Origin: Myxococcota bacterium
GTDB taxonomy: Bacteria > Myxococcota_A > UBA9160 > UBA6930
Direction of reading: 5' to 3'
Length of the DNA stretch: 64,000 bases
NCBI GenBank assembly: GCA_965223415.1
Contig: OZ245002.1
Coordinates: 864,001 to 928,000, forward strand
Made by a program: the position numbers and the translations under genes. The notes beneath the pieces are model-generated. The model was given only the letters and a program-made list of their open reading frames with translations. It ran no database searches and was not told the origin of the DNA. Below are positions 29,374-37,357 of the stretch, piece after piece; position 1 is the first letter of the stretch; each line of letters begins with the position of its first letter.

Positions 29374-31017
29374 GTGAGGCCCGGTCCCGTCCTGCTCGCC
29401 TTCGCCCTGCTCGCCCACGCCGCCGGCGCCGGCAGCGAGGAGCGCCCGAACGTCCTGTTGATCATGGCCGAGGACCTGAGCCCGAGGATCGGCGCGTACG
29501 GGGACACGCTGGCCCGCACGCCGAACCTCGATCGGCTCGCCGCCGAGGGCATGCGCTTCGAGCGGGCGTTCACGAGCGCCGGCGTGTGCGCGCCGAGCCG
29601 TGCCGGCATCATCATGGGCGTGCACGCGGACAGCTGGGGCGCCGGCCACATGCGCGTCAGCGGGCGGGACTACACGGCGGTGCCGCCGCCGGACATGAAG
29701 GCCTTCCCGGAGCTGCTGCGCGCGGACGGCTACTGGACCGCCAACGGCGAGAAGACCGACTACCAGATGGCCACCGGTTTCGGCACGGCCTTCGAGGGCC
29801 CGTTCACGATCTGGGACGAGAACGGCGCCGAGGACTGGCGCGGCCGTGACGAGGACCAGCCCTTCTTCGCCTACCTCACGCTCGGCGGGACTCACGAGAG
29901 CCAGGTCTGGCCTACCTGGCGCTTCCCGAGGAGCCTCGTCGAGCTCGTCCTCATGCCGATGCGAGTCGCCAACCACGCGCAGTGGCTGCACGAGACGGAC
30001 CCCGCCCGCGTCTCCCTGCCTCCCTACTACGTGGACACGAAGGCCACCCGGGAGGACCTGGCCCGTCACTACAACAACATCGAGGTCATGGACGCCCAGG
30101 TCGGCGAGCTCGTCGCGAAGCTCGAGGAGGACGGCCTGGCCGAGCGCACGATCGTCATCTGGACGACGGACCACGGCGACGGGCTCCCCCGGGCCAAGCG
30201 CTGGCCCTACGACTCGGGCATCCGCATTCCCCTCCTCGTCCGCTGGCCCGGCGTGACGACCCCCGGCTCGGTGAACGAGGAGCTGGTGAGCGGCGTCGAC
30301 TTCGCGCCGACCCTCCTGCGGGCGGCCGGCGTGGAGATTCCCGCCCACGTCCAGGGCCGCGTCTTCCTGGGCCCCGGCAAGCAGCCCGAACCGGAGTGGA
30401 TCTACGCCGCGCGCGACCGCATCGACGAGCAGACCGACCGCGTACGAGCCGTACGGGACCGCCGCTACAAGTTCGTCCGCCACCTCCTGCCGGAGCTGCC
30501 CTACGTGCTGCCCGTAGCGTTCCGCAACGCAATGCCGATGATGCAGGAGCTGCTCGCCCTCGCCGAGGCGGACGAGCTCACCGGACCTCCCGCCCTCTGG
30601 TTCCGGCCCACCCGCGACGCCGAAGAACTCTTCGACACCGAGACCGACCCCGACGAGATCCGCAACCTGGCCGGCGATCCAGCCCACGAAGAGCGACTCG
30701 CCCGCATGCGCGGGGCCCTCGACCGCTGGCTGGTCGATTCCGGCGATCTCGGCCTGCTGCCGGAGGAAGAGCTGAAGGAGCGCTTCTGGCCCGGCGGCGA
30801 GCAGCCGGTGACTGAGCCCCCAGCGATCCGCGTGCAGGACGGTCTCGTGCACCTGACCAGCCCGAGCGAAGGGGCCTCCATCGGCTACCGGGTCGCCGAC
30901 GGCCGGTGGCGGCTCTACACGGGCCCGTTCGCGCCTCCGGCCGGGAGCACGCTCGCCGCCAAGGCGGTGCGCTACGGCTGGGCGGAGAGCGACGAAACCG
31001 AGAGGACGATCCCATGA
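29374..31017 (+). CDS. Sulfatase (formylglycine-dependent) with C-terminal Fn3/chitobiase-like domain
   Basis: PNVLLIMAEDL, CAPSR (CxPxR), TDHG, EELFD...DPDEIRNLA; signal peptide; GGAGG RBS. Confidence 0.93.
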   Translation: MRPGPVLLAFALLAHAAGAGSEERPNVLLIMAEDLSPRIGAYGDTLARTPNLDRLAAEGMRFERAFTSAGVCAPSRAGIIMGVHADSWGAGHMRVSGRDYTAVPPPDMKAFPELLRADGYWTANGEKTDYQMATGFGTAFEGPFTIWDENGAEDWRGRDEDQPFFAYLTLGGTHESQVWPTWRFPRSLVELVLMPMRVANHAQWLHETDPARVSLPPYYVDTKATREDLARHYNNIEVMDAQVGELVAKLEEDGLAERTIVIWTTDHGDGLPRAKRWPYDSGIRIPLLVRWPGVTTPGSVNEELVSGVDFAPTLLRAAGVEIPAHVQGRVFLGPGKQPEPEWIYAARDRIDEQTDRVRAVRDRRYKFVRHLLPELPYVLPVAFRNAMPMMQELLALAEADELTGPPALWFRPTRDAEELFDTETDPDEIRNLAGDPAHEERLARMRGALDRWLVDSGDLGLLPEEELKERFWPGGEQPVTEPPAIRVQDGLVHLTSPSEGASIGYRVADGRWRLYTGPFAPPAGSTLAAKAVRYGWAESDETERTIP

Positions 31018-31442
31018 CGATCCTGCGGGTGATCCTCTACGTGCTGTTGGCGCTGGTCCTGCTGGCCGGCGGCTACCTGGGCTACATGCGGTGGATCGGC
31101 AACGCCCGCGTGGAGCGGGAGCTGATGGAGCGTCCGGACGGCGAGCGGGCAGGCCAGGTCATGCTCCTGACCCTGCCCGGAGGCCGCCGGATTCCCGTGA
31201 ACTACCTGCGCGAAGGCGACCGGATCTACGCCGGCGCCGACGGCCGCTGGTGGCGCGAGCTGGTCGGGAAGGGCGTCCCAGTTCGCGTGCTGGTGCGCGG
31301 CGAGGCGCTCGAGGGCAACGCGCGCGCCGTGCTCGACGACCCGGCCTACACGAAGGACGTCTTCTCCCGGCTGCGACCCAACGCCCTGGAAGGCTTCGGC
31401 ACGCTGGTCGAGATCCGGCTCGAGGCGGAGGGAGGGGACTGA
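31014..31442 (+). CDS. Membrane-anchored split-barrel (deazaflavin-dependent nitroreductase-like) protein
   Basis: N-terminal TM; 'LLTL..GRRIPVNY...WWREL' resembles DDN/FDOR-A. Confidence 0.55.
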   Translation: MTILRVILYVLLALVLLAGGYLGYMRWIGNARVERELMERPDGERAGQVMLLTLPGGRRIPVNYLREGDRIYAGADGRWWRELVGKGVPVRVLVRGEALEGNARAVLDDPAYTKDVFSRLRPNALEGFGTLVEIRLEAEGGD

Positions 31443-31445
31443 GCG

Positions 31446-32087
31446 GTGGTGATCTGGGGCCGGCGAAGCGCCTTCAACGTGCAGAAGGTGCTGTGGCTCG
31501 CCGGAGAGCTCGGCCTCGACTACGAGCACCGCGATGCCGGCGGCTCCTTCGGCGGCCTCGACGCGCCGGAGTTTCGGGCCATGAACCCCCACGGCCGTGT
31601 GCCCGTGCTATGCGACGACGACCGCGCGATCTGGGAGTCCCACGCCATCCTCCGTTACCTGGCGGCGCGCTACGGCGGTGCCTCCCTGTGGCCTGAGGAT
31701 CCCGCCCGGCGCTCCCTCGCGGACCGTTGGATGGATTGGTCCCAGACCGCCTGGCAGCCGGACTTCATGCGGGTCTTCTGGGGCTGGTACCGCACGCCCG
31801 AGAGCGAGCGGGACAGGCCGCGGATCGAAGCGGCGCTGCGCGATTGCGGCCGGCACCTGGAGCGACTGGACGAGCAGCTGGCCGCCCAGCCCTTCCTCGC
31901 GGGCGAAGCCTTCGGCCTCGCCGACGTGCCAGCCGGGACCGCCCTCTTCCGCTGGCTCGAGATGGGCCTCGCCGTGCCGCGCCCGCCGAACGTCGTCCGA
32001 TGGTACGAGCGCCTCGCCGAGCGCCCCGCCTACCGGGAGCACGTCATGCGGCCCTTCGACGAGCTGCGCGGGCGCAGGGATTTCTGA
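31446..32087 (+). CDS. Glutathione S-transferase (GstB-like)
   Basis: WGRRSAFNVQKVLW, NPHGRVP, WESHAILRYL, FGLADVP. Confidence 0.93.
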   Translation: MVIWGRRSAFNVQKVLWLAGELGLDYEHRDAGGSFGGLDAPEFRAMNPHGRVPVLCDDDRAIWESHAILRYLAARYGGASLWPEDPARRSLADRWMDWSQTAWQPDFMRVFWGWYRTPESERDRPRIEAALRDCGRHLERLDEQLAAQPFLAGEAFGLADVPAGTALFRWLEMGLAVPRPPNVVRWYERLAERPAYREHVMRPFDELRGRRDF

Positions 32088-32089
32088 GC

Positions 32090-32182
32090 GTGAAGCACGC
32101 CCGCGCGGAAACCCTTTGCCAGCTCGGCCCCGTCCTGCGCGAGCTCCGTCGCCTCGAAGCCCGGTGGCTGCGGAAGGCCTAA
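32090..32182 (+). pseudogene. 30-codon remnant of a small conserved hypothetical protein
   Basis: GTG-KHARAETLCQLGPVLRELRRLE..., AGGGA RBS, directly after GST; resembles (from memory) the start of an 'MKHA...LEPLL..LR' family. Confidence 0.35.
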
Positions 32183-33075
32183 CGACTCCCCGCTTCGGCC
32201 TTCCGGGTGTGGCCGCCGATCGCCTGGGCGAGGGTCCCGAACAGGCCCGGCGGAACGTCGTGCCCCATCCCGGGGATCTCGAGCAGCTCCGCGCCGGGGA
32301 TCGATGCGGCAGTGTCGCGGCCGCCTTCGACCGGAACGAGGGGATCGTCCAGCCCGTGGATCACCAGGGTGGGCGCCGCGATGCGCTTCAGCTGGGGGCG
32401 GCGATCTCCGTGGCCCTGGACCGCGGCGAACTGGCGGGCAATGCCGGCCGGATCGAAGGCACGGTCGAAGCAGCGTCCGGCGAGCTCGCGGGTGGCGTCG
32501 GGATCGGGCGGGTAGCCGGGGCTCCCGAACACACGGGCGTTGCGCAAGGCGGCCTCGACGTAGGCGTCGCGCTCCTCGGGGGACGGCGTCAGCAGCGCCT
32601 CGAGTGCGGCGGGGGTCGGGCCGGTCAACGCCGGGTTGCCGGTGCTGGCCATGATCGGCACCAGGCTGCGGACGCGCTCCGGATGCCGATAGCCGACGAC
32701 CTGGGTGATCATGCCGCCCATCGAGATGCCCGCGATGTGGGCGCTCGCCCAGCCGAGCGCGTCGAGCAGGCCCGCCACGTCGTCGGCCATGGCGTCGAGG
32801 GTGTAGGGCACGGGCGGCGGTGTGCCCTCGCGCACCGCTTGCATCACGGCGCCCAGGTCCGGCGTGCCGGCCTCGTGCAGGTGCGTGGACAGGCCGACGT
32901 CCCGGTTGTCGAACACGACCAGCTGGTGGCCGGCCTCCACCAGCGCGCGGCAGAAGGCCGGATCCCATTGGATGCGCTGGGTCCCGAGGCCCCGGAGCAG
33001 GACGAGGGGGCGGCCTTCGGGCCGGCCGTGGACTTCGTAGTCGAGCTCGACGTCGGCGAGGATGGCGCGCGGCAT
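32179..33075 (-). CDS. Alpha/beta fold hydrolase
   Basis: FDNRDVGLS, GISMGG nucleophile, HGLDDPLVP, GMGHD. Confidence 0.92.
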   Translation of the reverse strand: MPRAILADVELDYEVHGRPEGRPLVLLRGLGTQRIQWDPAFCRALVEAGHQLVVFDNRDVGLSTHLHEAGTPDLGAVMQAVREGTPPPVPYTLDAMADDVAGLLDALGWASAHIAGISMGGMITQVVGYRHPERVRSLVPIMASTGNPALTGPTPAALEALLTPSPEERDAYVEAALRNARVFGSPGYPPDPDATRELAGRCFDRAFDPAGIARQFAAVQGHGDRRPQLKRIAAPTLVIHGLDDPLVPVEGGRDTAASIPGAELLEIPGMGHDVPPGLFGTLAQAIGGHTRKAEAGSR

Positions 33076-33175
33076 CGAGGCAGGTTGGCACAGCTCACAT
33101 TCCCGGCGCCGCCCGGATTCTCGCCACCCGGAGCGGTACACTCACGGACCCGGCTTGCCGGGCGGAGGACCCCTG

Positions 33176-34084
33176 ATGAGATGGAAGCGAGGCGGCGGCC
33201 GAAGCCGAAACCTGGAGGATCGAAGGGGCGAGCGGCCCCGGGGCGGCGGGATGCGCATCCCCCTGCCCCGCGGAGGCGGGCTACCCCTGGGCGGACGCAA
33301 GATGGGCCTCGGCACGATCGTCGTGCTGGTGCTGCTGATGTTCGTGATGCGCAGCAACCCCGATCTCATGATGGGAGGTGGGCCCGGCAGCGTGCAGGTG
33401 CCGGGTGGCGCGGGATTCCCCGGTGCGGGCCCGGACGTCACCGCCGGCCCGAGGGGGAGCGCCGGGGAGGAGGAGGCCGTCGAGTTCGTGTCCTTCGTCC
33501 TCGACGACCTGAACGAGACCTGGACCCGCATCGTACCCGCCTATCGCGAGACCCGGCTCGTCCTCTTCCGTGGCGCGGTGCGCTCGGGCTGCGGTGTCGC
33601 CCAGAGCGCGATGGGCCCCTTCTACTGCCCGGCCGACCAGAAGGTCTACATCGACCTGGGCTTCTACGCCGAGCTGAAGCGGCGCTTCGGCGCGCCGGGC
33701 GACTTCGCCCAGGCCTACGTGCTGGCCCACGAGGTCGGGCACCACATCCAGACCCTCAGCGGGCTCGAGCGGCGGGTGCGAAGCGCTCAGCAGCAGAACC
33801 CGCGCCAGGCGAACCAGATCCAGGTGCGCATGGAGCTCCAGGCCGATTGTCTGGCGGGTGTGTGGGGACACTCGACGGCCCGGCGCAACATCCTGGAGGA
33901 GGGCGACGTCGAGGAGGCGATGCGGGCGGCAGCCGCGATCGGCGACGATCGCATCCAGGAGATGACGACGGGGCAGGTGCGCCCGGAGGGCTTCACACAC
34001 GGCTCGTCGGAGCAACGCATGCGTTGGTTCCGGCGCGGCTTCGAGAGCGGCGACCCCAACGCCTGCGCAACCTTCGATGAGTGA
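33176..34084 (+). CDS. ypfJ: Neutral zinc metallopeptidase (YpfJ family)
   Basis: RNLEDRRG, GPFYCPAD, AHEVGHH, ELQADCLAG, FTHGSSEQR. Confidence 0.92.
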   Translation: MRWKRGGGRSRNLEDRRGERPRGGGMRIPLPRGGGLPLGGRKMGLGTIVVLVLLMFVMRSNPDLMMGGGPGSVQVPGGAGFPGAGPDVTAGPRGSAGEEEAVEFVSFVLDDLNETWTRIVPAYRETRLVLFRGAVRSGCGVAQSAMGPFYCPADQKVYIDLGFYAELKRRFGAPGDFAQAYVLAHEVGHHIQTLSGLERRVRSAQQQNPRQANQIQVRMELQADCLAGVWGHSTARRNILEEGDVEEAMRAAAAIGDDRIQEMTTGQVRPEGFTHGSSEQRMRWFRRGFESGDPNACATFDE

Positions 34085-34721
34085 GATCGCCGCGATCAAG
34101 CAGGAGCTGGTCGCGACGGCCCGTGCGCTGCTCCAGGAAGGCCTGGTCGAGGGAACTTCGGGCAACCTCTCGGCGCGGCTCCCCGACGGCAACGTCGTGA
34201 TGAGTCCGTCGTCCCTCGAGTACGACGTGATGACGCCGGACGACCTCGTCGCGATCGACCTCGAGGGCAAGGTGCTGCACGGCGAGCGGGCGCCCACCAG
34301 CGAGAAGGCACTCCACCTGGCCTGCCTGCGCGACCACGAGGACATCGGCGCGGTGATCCACTCCCACGCCAAGTACGCGACGATGTTCGCCGTGACCCAC
34401 CAGCCGATCCCCTGCGTGATCGAGGAGTTCGACATCTACGTCGGCGGCGAGGTGCCGGTGGCCGATTATCGGCTCACCGGCTCCGGTGAGCTGGGCGACG
34501 AGGTCGCACGCCACGTCGGTGAGCGCGGCGCCGTCCTCATGGCCAACCACGGCCTCCTCACCGTCGGCAAGGACCTGAAGCAGGCCCACAAGGTCGCGGC
34601 CCTCGTCGAGCGCACCGCCGAGATCATCTGGGGCGCCCGCGCCCTGGGACCCCTCGTCCCCCTCCCCCAGGAAACCGTCGACCGCTTCGCCCCCCTCTAC
34701 AAGCTCATGCGCCAACGTTGA
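34077..34721 (+). CDS. Class II aldolase/adducin family protein (FucA-like)
   Basis: GTSGNLS, PTSEKALH, IHSHA, LMANHG. Confidence 0.92.
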   Translation: MSEIAAIKQELVATARALLQEGLVEGTSGNLSARLPDGNVVMSPSSLEYDVMTPDDLVAIDLEGKVLHGERAPTSEKALHLACLRDHEDIGAVIHSHAKYATMFAVTHQPIPCVIEEFDIYVGGEVPVADYRLTGSGELGDEVARHVGERGAVLMANHGLLTVGKDLKQAHKVAALVERTAEIIWGARALGPLVPLPQETVDRFAPLYKLMRQR

Positions 34722-34799
34722 GATAAGGGCCGGTTCCGTTTGTCAAGTTGCTCCCTTTTGGGGAGCAACTTGACAAACGGAACCGGCCCTTGTCTTAAC
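34717..34799. repeat. Inverted pair of the 33-bp repeat (copies 2 and 3) forming a long hairpin; probable bidirectional terminator
   Basis: Perfect 31-bp arms 34725-34755 and 34761-34791 with a TTTTG loop; imperfect extension to 34717-34799; lies between convergent genes. Confidence 0.92.
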
Positions 34800-36180
34800 A
34801 TCCGAGCTGGCTGGCGAGGCGGAAGAGGGTGGCTTCGGCGCCGTAGGCGGCGACGAGCTGGATGCCGATGGGGAGACCTTCGGCGGTCTCGTGGAGGGGC
34901 AGGGAGAGGGCGGGCTGGCCGGTGACGTCGAAGGGCATGGTGAAGGCGGTGAAGCCGCCGAGGCGGCCGAGCAGCTCGCCGGGCTCGACGTCGGGGGCGA
35001 GATGGCCGAGGCGCGGCGGCGGGGCGGGGCTCGTCGGGGTGAGCAGGACGTCGAGGCCGTGGGCCCAGGGCTGCTGGGCCTCGCGGGCCCAGGCGTAGGC
35101 CCGCTCCTCGGCGGCGACGTACGCGGTGGCGGTCATCGTGCGGCCCTGGGCGGCCAACAGGGCGTTCAGCGGCTCCACGTCCTCGTCGCGAACGGGCTCG
35201 CCGAGGCGCTCCGACCAGCGCTCCAGGTCCCGGGCGATTCCCGCGGCGACCCAGGGGCCGAACTCCATGCGGCCTCCGCCGGGCATCGGCACCGCGTCCA
35301 CCGCGTGGCCCAGCTCGGCGAGCTGAGCCGCCGTCGCCTCCACCGCGCTCCGGACCTCGGCATTCACCCCCACCACGGGTGACGACGTCACCACGCCGAT
35401 GCGCAGGCGGCCCGGCTCCACAGACGCCTCCTGTGCAAAGGGACGCGCCGGCGGAGGCGCCGTGTAGGGATCGCCGCAGGCCGCACCGGCGATGGCGTCG
35501 AGCACCGCCGCCGAATCCCGGACGCTCCGCGTCACCACGTGCTCGTGGGTGAGGGGGCCCCAGTACTCGCCGAGCTCCGGGCCGAGGCTGCTCCGCGCGC
35601 GCGTCGGCTTGAGCCCGACCAGGCCGCAGAAGCTCGCAGGGATGCGGATCGAGCCGCCCATGTCGTTGGCGTGGGCCGCCGCCACGAAGCCGGCGGCGAC
35701 GGCGGCTGCCGAGCCGCCGCTCGAGCCCCCGGGCGAGTGCTCGGGGCTCCTCGGATTGCGGGTCGCCCCGTAGGCCAGGGGCTCCGTCGTCACGGACATC
35801 GCCAGCTCCGGCGTGTTCGTCTTGCCGACGAAGACGAAGCCGGCCGCGCGGAACCGGCGCGCCAGCTCGGTATCGGTCTTCGCCACGTAGCCCCGCTCCT
35901 TCACGAAGCGCATGCCCGCGTGGAACGGATCGCCCGCCGTGTGGCAGACCGCGTCCTTCACCAGGAACGGGACACCGCGGAAGGGCCCGTCGGGCAGCGC
36001 CGGGTCGACGGCAGCGGCCGTCGCCTTCTCGTCCAGGAAGTGGATCACGGCGTTCAGTTCGGGATTGCGCGCCTCGATGCGCGCGATCGACGCCTCGACC
36101 AGCTCCAGGGGCGTCACGTCCCCGTTGCTGACGTGGGCCGCCTGGGCGGTGGCGTCCAGGTCCAGCAGCTCGTCGGTCAT
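34795..36180 (-). CDS. Amidase signature family enzyme
   Basis: [33 protein letters not shown]. Confidence 0.93.
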   Translation of the reverse strand: MTDELLDLDATAQAAHVSNGDVTPLELVEASIARIEARNPELNAVIHFLDEKATAAAVDPALPDGPFRGVPFLVKDAVCHTAGDPFHAGMRFVKERGYVAKTDTELARRFRAAGFVFVGKTNTPELAMSVTTEPLAYGATRNPRSPEHSPGGSSGGSAAAVAAGFVAAAHANDMGGSIRIPASFCGLVGLKPTRARSSLGPELGEYWGPLTHEHVVTRSVRDSAAVLDAIAGAACGDPYTAPPPARPFAQEASVEPGRLRIGVVTSSPVVGVNAEVRSAVEATAAQLAELGHAVDAVPMPGGGRMEFGPWVAAGIARDLERWSERLGEPVRDEDVEPLNALLAAQGRTMTATAYVAAEERAYAWAREAQQPWAHGLDVLLTPTSPAPPPRLGHLAPDVEPGELLGRLGGFTAFTMPFDVTGQPALSLPLHETAEGLPIGIQLVAAYGAEATLFRLASQLGC

Positions 36181-36213
36181 GAGCCCTCCCGCGACACAGC
36201 GTATCATTCCGCC

Positions 36214-37197
36214 GTGCCCGGCCCGCCGACCTTCCCCGCCTTCCGCCCGCGCGCTCCCTGGTGGGGCGCGGATCTCCAGACGCTCCGCAACTTCCTCCGC
36301 CCGCCGCCGCCTCATCGGGCCGCCGCCGCCCGAGAGCGCCTTCGCCTACCGATGGCCGACGGCAGCGGCGACCGGCTCGCCGCCCTCCTCAAGCAACCCC
36401 CCGAGCCTACGGCAGACGCTCCCCTCGTCGTCCTGATCCATGGGCTGTCCGGCGACGAGACCAGCTCCTACGTCGAGGCGAGCTCGGCCCACCTGCTCGG
36501 CCTGGGCTTTCCGGCGCTCCGCCTGAACCTGCGCGGCGCGGGCCCGTCCCGCACGACCTGCCGCCTCCAGTACCATGCGGGCCGCAGCGAAGACTTGCGC
36601 GACGCACTGCGGGCGTTGCCGGAAGCCTGGGTGCGAAACGGCCTCTGTCTCGTCGGCTACTCCCTGGGCGGCAACATGCTGCTCAAGTTCCTCGCCGAGT
36701 TCGGCGGCGTCCTTCCGGTGCGCCGCGCGGCCTCGGTCTCCGCTCCGATCGACCTCGCCGCCGCGTCCGCGCGCTTCCTCGACGCCCGCAACCGCATCTA
36801 CCACCTCCACCTGCTACGGCGCATGAAGCAGGAGAGCCTCGGCGAGGGCGCCGTCGTGAGCGAAGACGAGGCGCGCGCGATCCGGGCAGCGAGCAGCATC
36901 CTCGAGTTCGACGAGCGGGTCGTCGCGCCTCGCAACGGCTTCTCCGACGCTGCCGCCTACTATGCGGCCTGTCACGCCCGCCAGTTCCTCGGCGCCATCC
37001 GCGTCCCGACCCTCGTGGTCCACGCCCTGGACGATCCCTGGATCCCGGCGGACGCCTACCGCTCCTTCGCCTGGGCCGACAATCCCGACCTCGTGCCCCT
37101 TCTGCCCCGGGGCGGAGGCCACGTGGGCTTCCACGGAGCGGACTCGCGGGTGCCCTGGCACGACCACTGCCTCGGTGCCTGGCTCTCCTCGGGCTAG
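36214..37197 (+). CDS. YheT-family alpha/beta hydrolase
   Basis: DLQTL, IHGLSG, YHAGRSEDL, GYSLGG, ALDDPWI, GGHVGF. Confidence 0.88.
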   Translation: MPGPPTFPAFRPRAPWWGADLQTLRNFLRPPPPHRAAAARERLRLPMADGSGDRLAALLKQPPEPTADAPLVVLIHGLSGDETSSYVEASSAHLLGLGFPALRLNLRGAGPSRTTCRLQYHAGRSEDLRDALRALPEAWVRNGLCLVGYSLGGNMLLKFLAEFGGVLPVRRAASVSAPIDLAAASARFLDARNRIYHLHLLRRMKQESLGEGAVVSEDEARAIRAASSILEFDERVVAPRNGFSDAAAYYAACHARQFLGAIRVPTLVVHALDDPWIPADAYRSFAWADNPDLVPLLPRGGGHVGFHGADSRVPWHDHCLGAWLSSG

Positions 37198-37285
37198 GTC
37201 GCCGACCGGCAGGAGCGGAGCCAAGGCCCCGCGAGGCCGGGGCAATCTCTTGGGACGTCCGGCATGCCAAGGGAATGCAGCGCCA

Positions 37286-37294
37286 TGATAGAAT
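37286..37294 (+). promoter_or_regulatory. Candidate extended -10 element (TGATAGAAT) for the large cytochrome gene
   Basis: TGn-TAGAAT match in a 160-bp intergenic region about 65 bp upstream of the ATG; no clear -35. Confidence 0.35.
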
Positions 37295-37357
37295 GGGGTT
37301 CGCTTTCCGACCGTTCAGGAGCCGACGGGTGCATCGGACCGGCTCCAGGAGGTTCCC

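Noticed and set aside
27088..30852. 1254-aa minus-strand ORF and other very long ORFs (3191-6064, 36683-40195, 51680-55240, 12146-14467)
   Set aside because: Antisense or off-frame shadows of well-supported genes, expected in high-GC DNA; Arg/Pro/Ala-rich with no recognisable motifs
34717..34799. Repeat or hairpin as an integron attC site
   Set aside because: Orientation is GTT...AAC rather than RYYYAAC...GTTRRRY, the stem has no extrahelical bases, flanking genes are convergent and no integrase is present
37318..37346. GGAGCCG...CGGCTCC hairpin just before the RBS of the cytochrome gene, as a riboswitch
   Set aside because: A 7-bp GC stem is common by chance and no known aptamer consensus is recognisable; would need an Rfam scan
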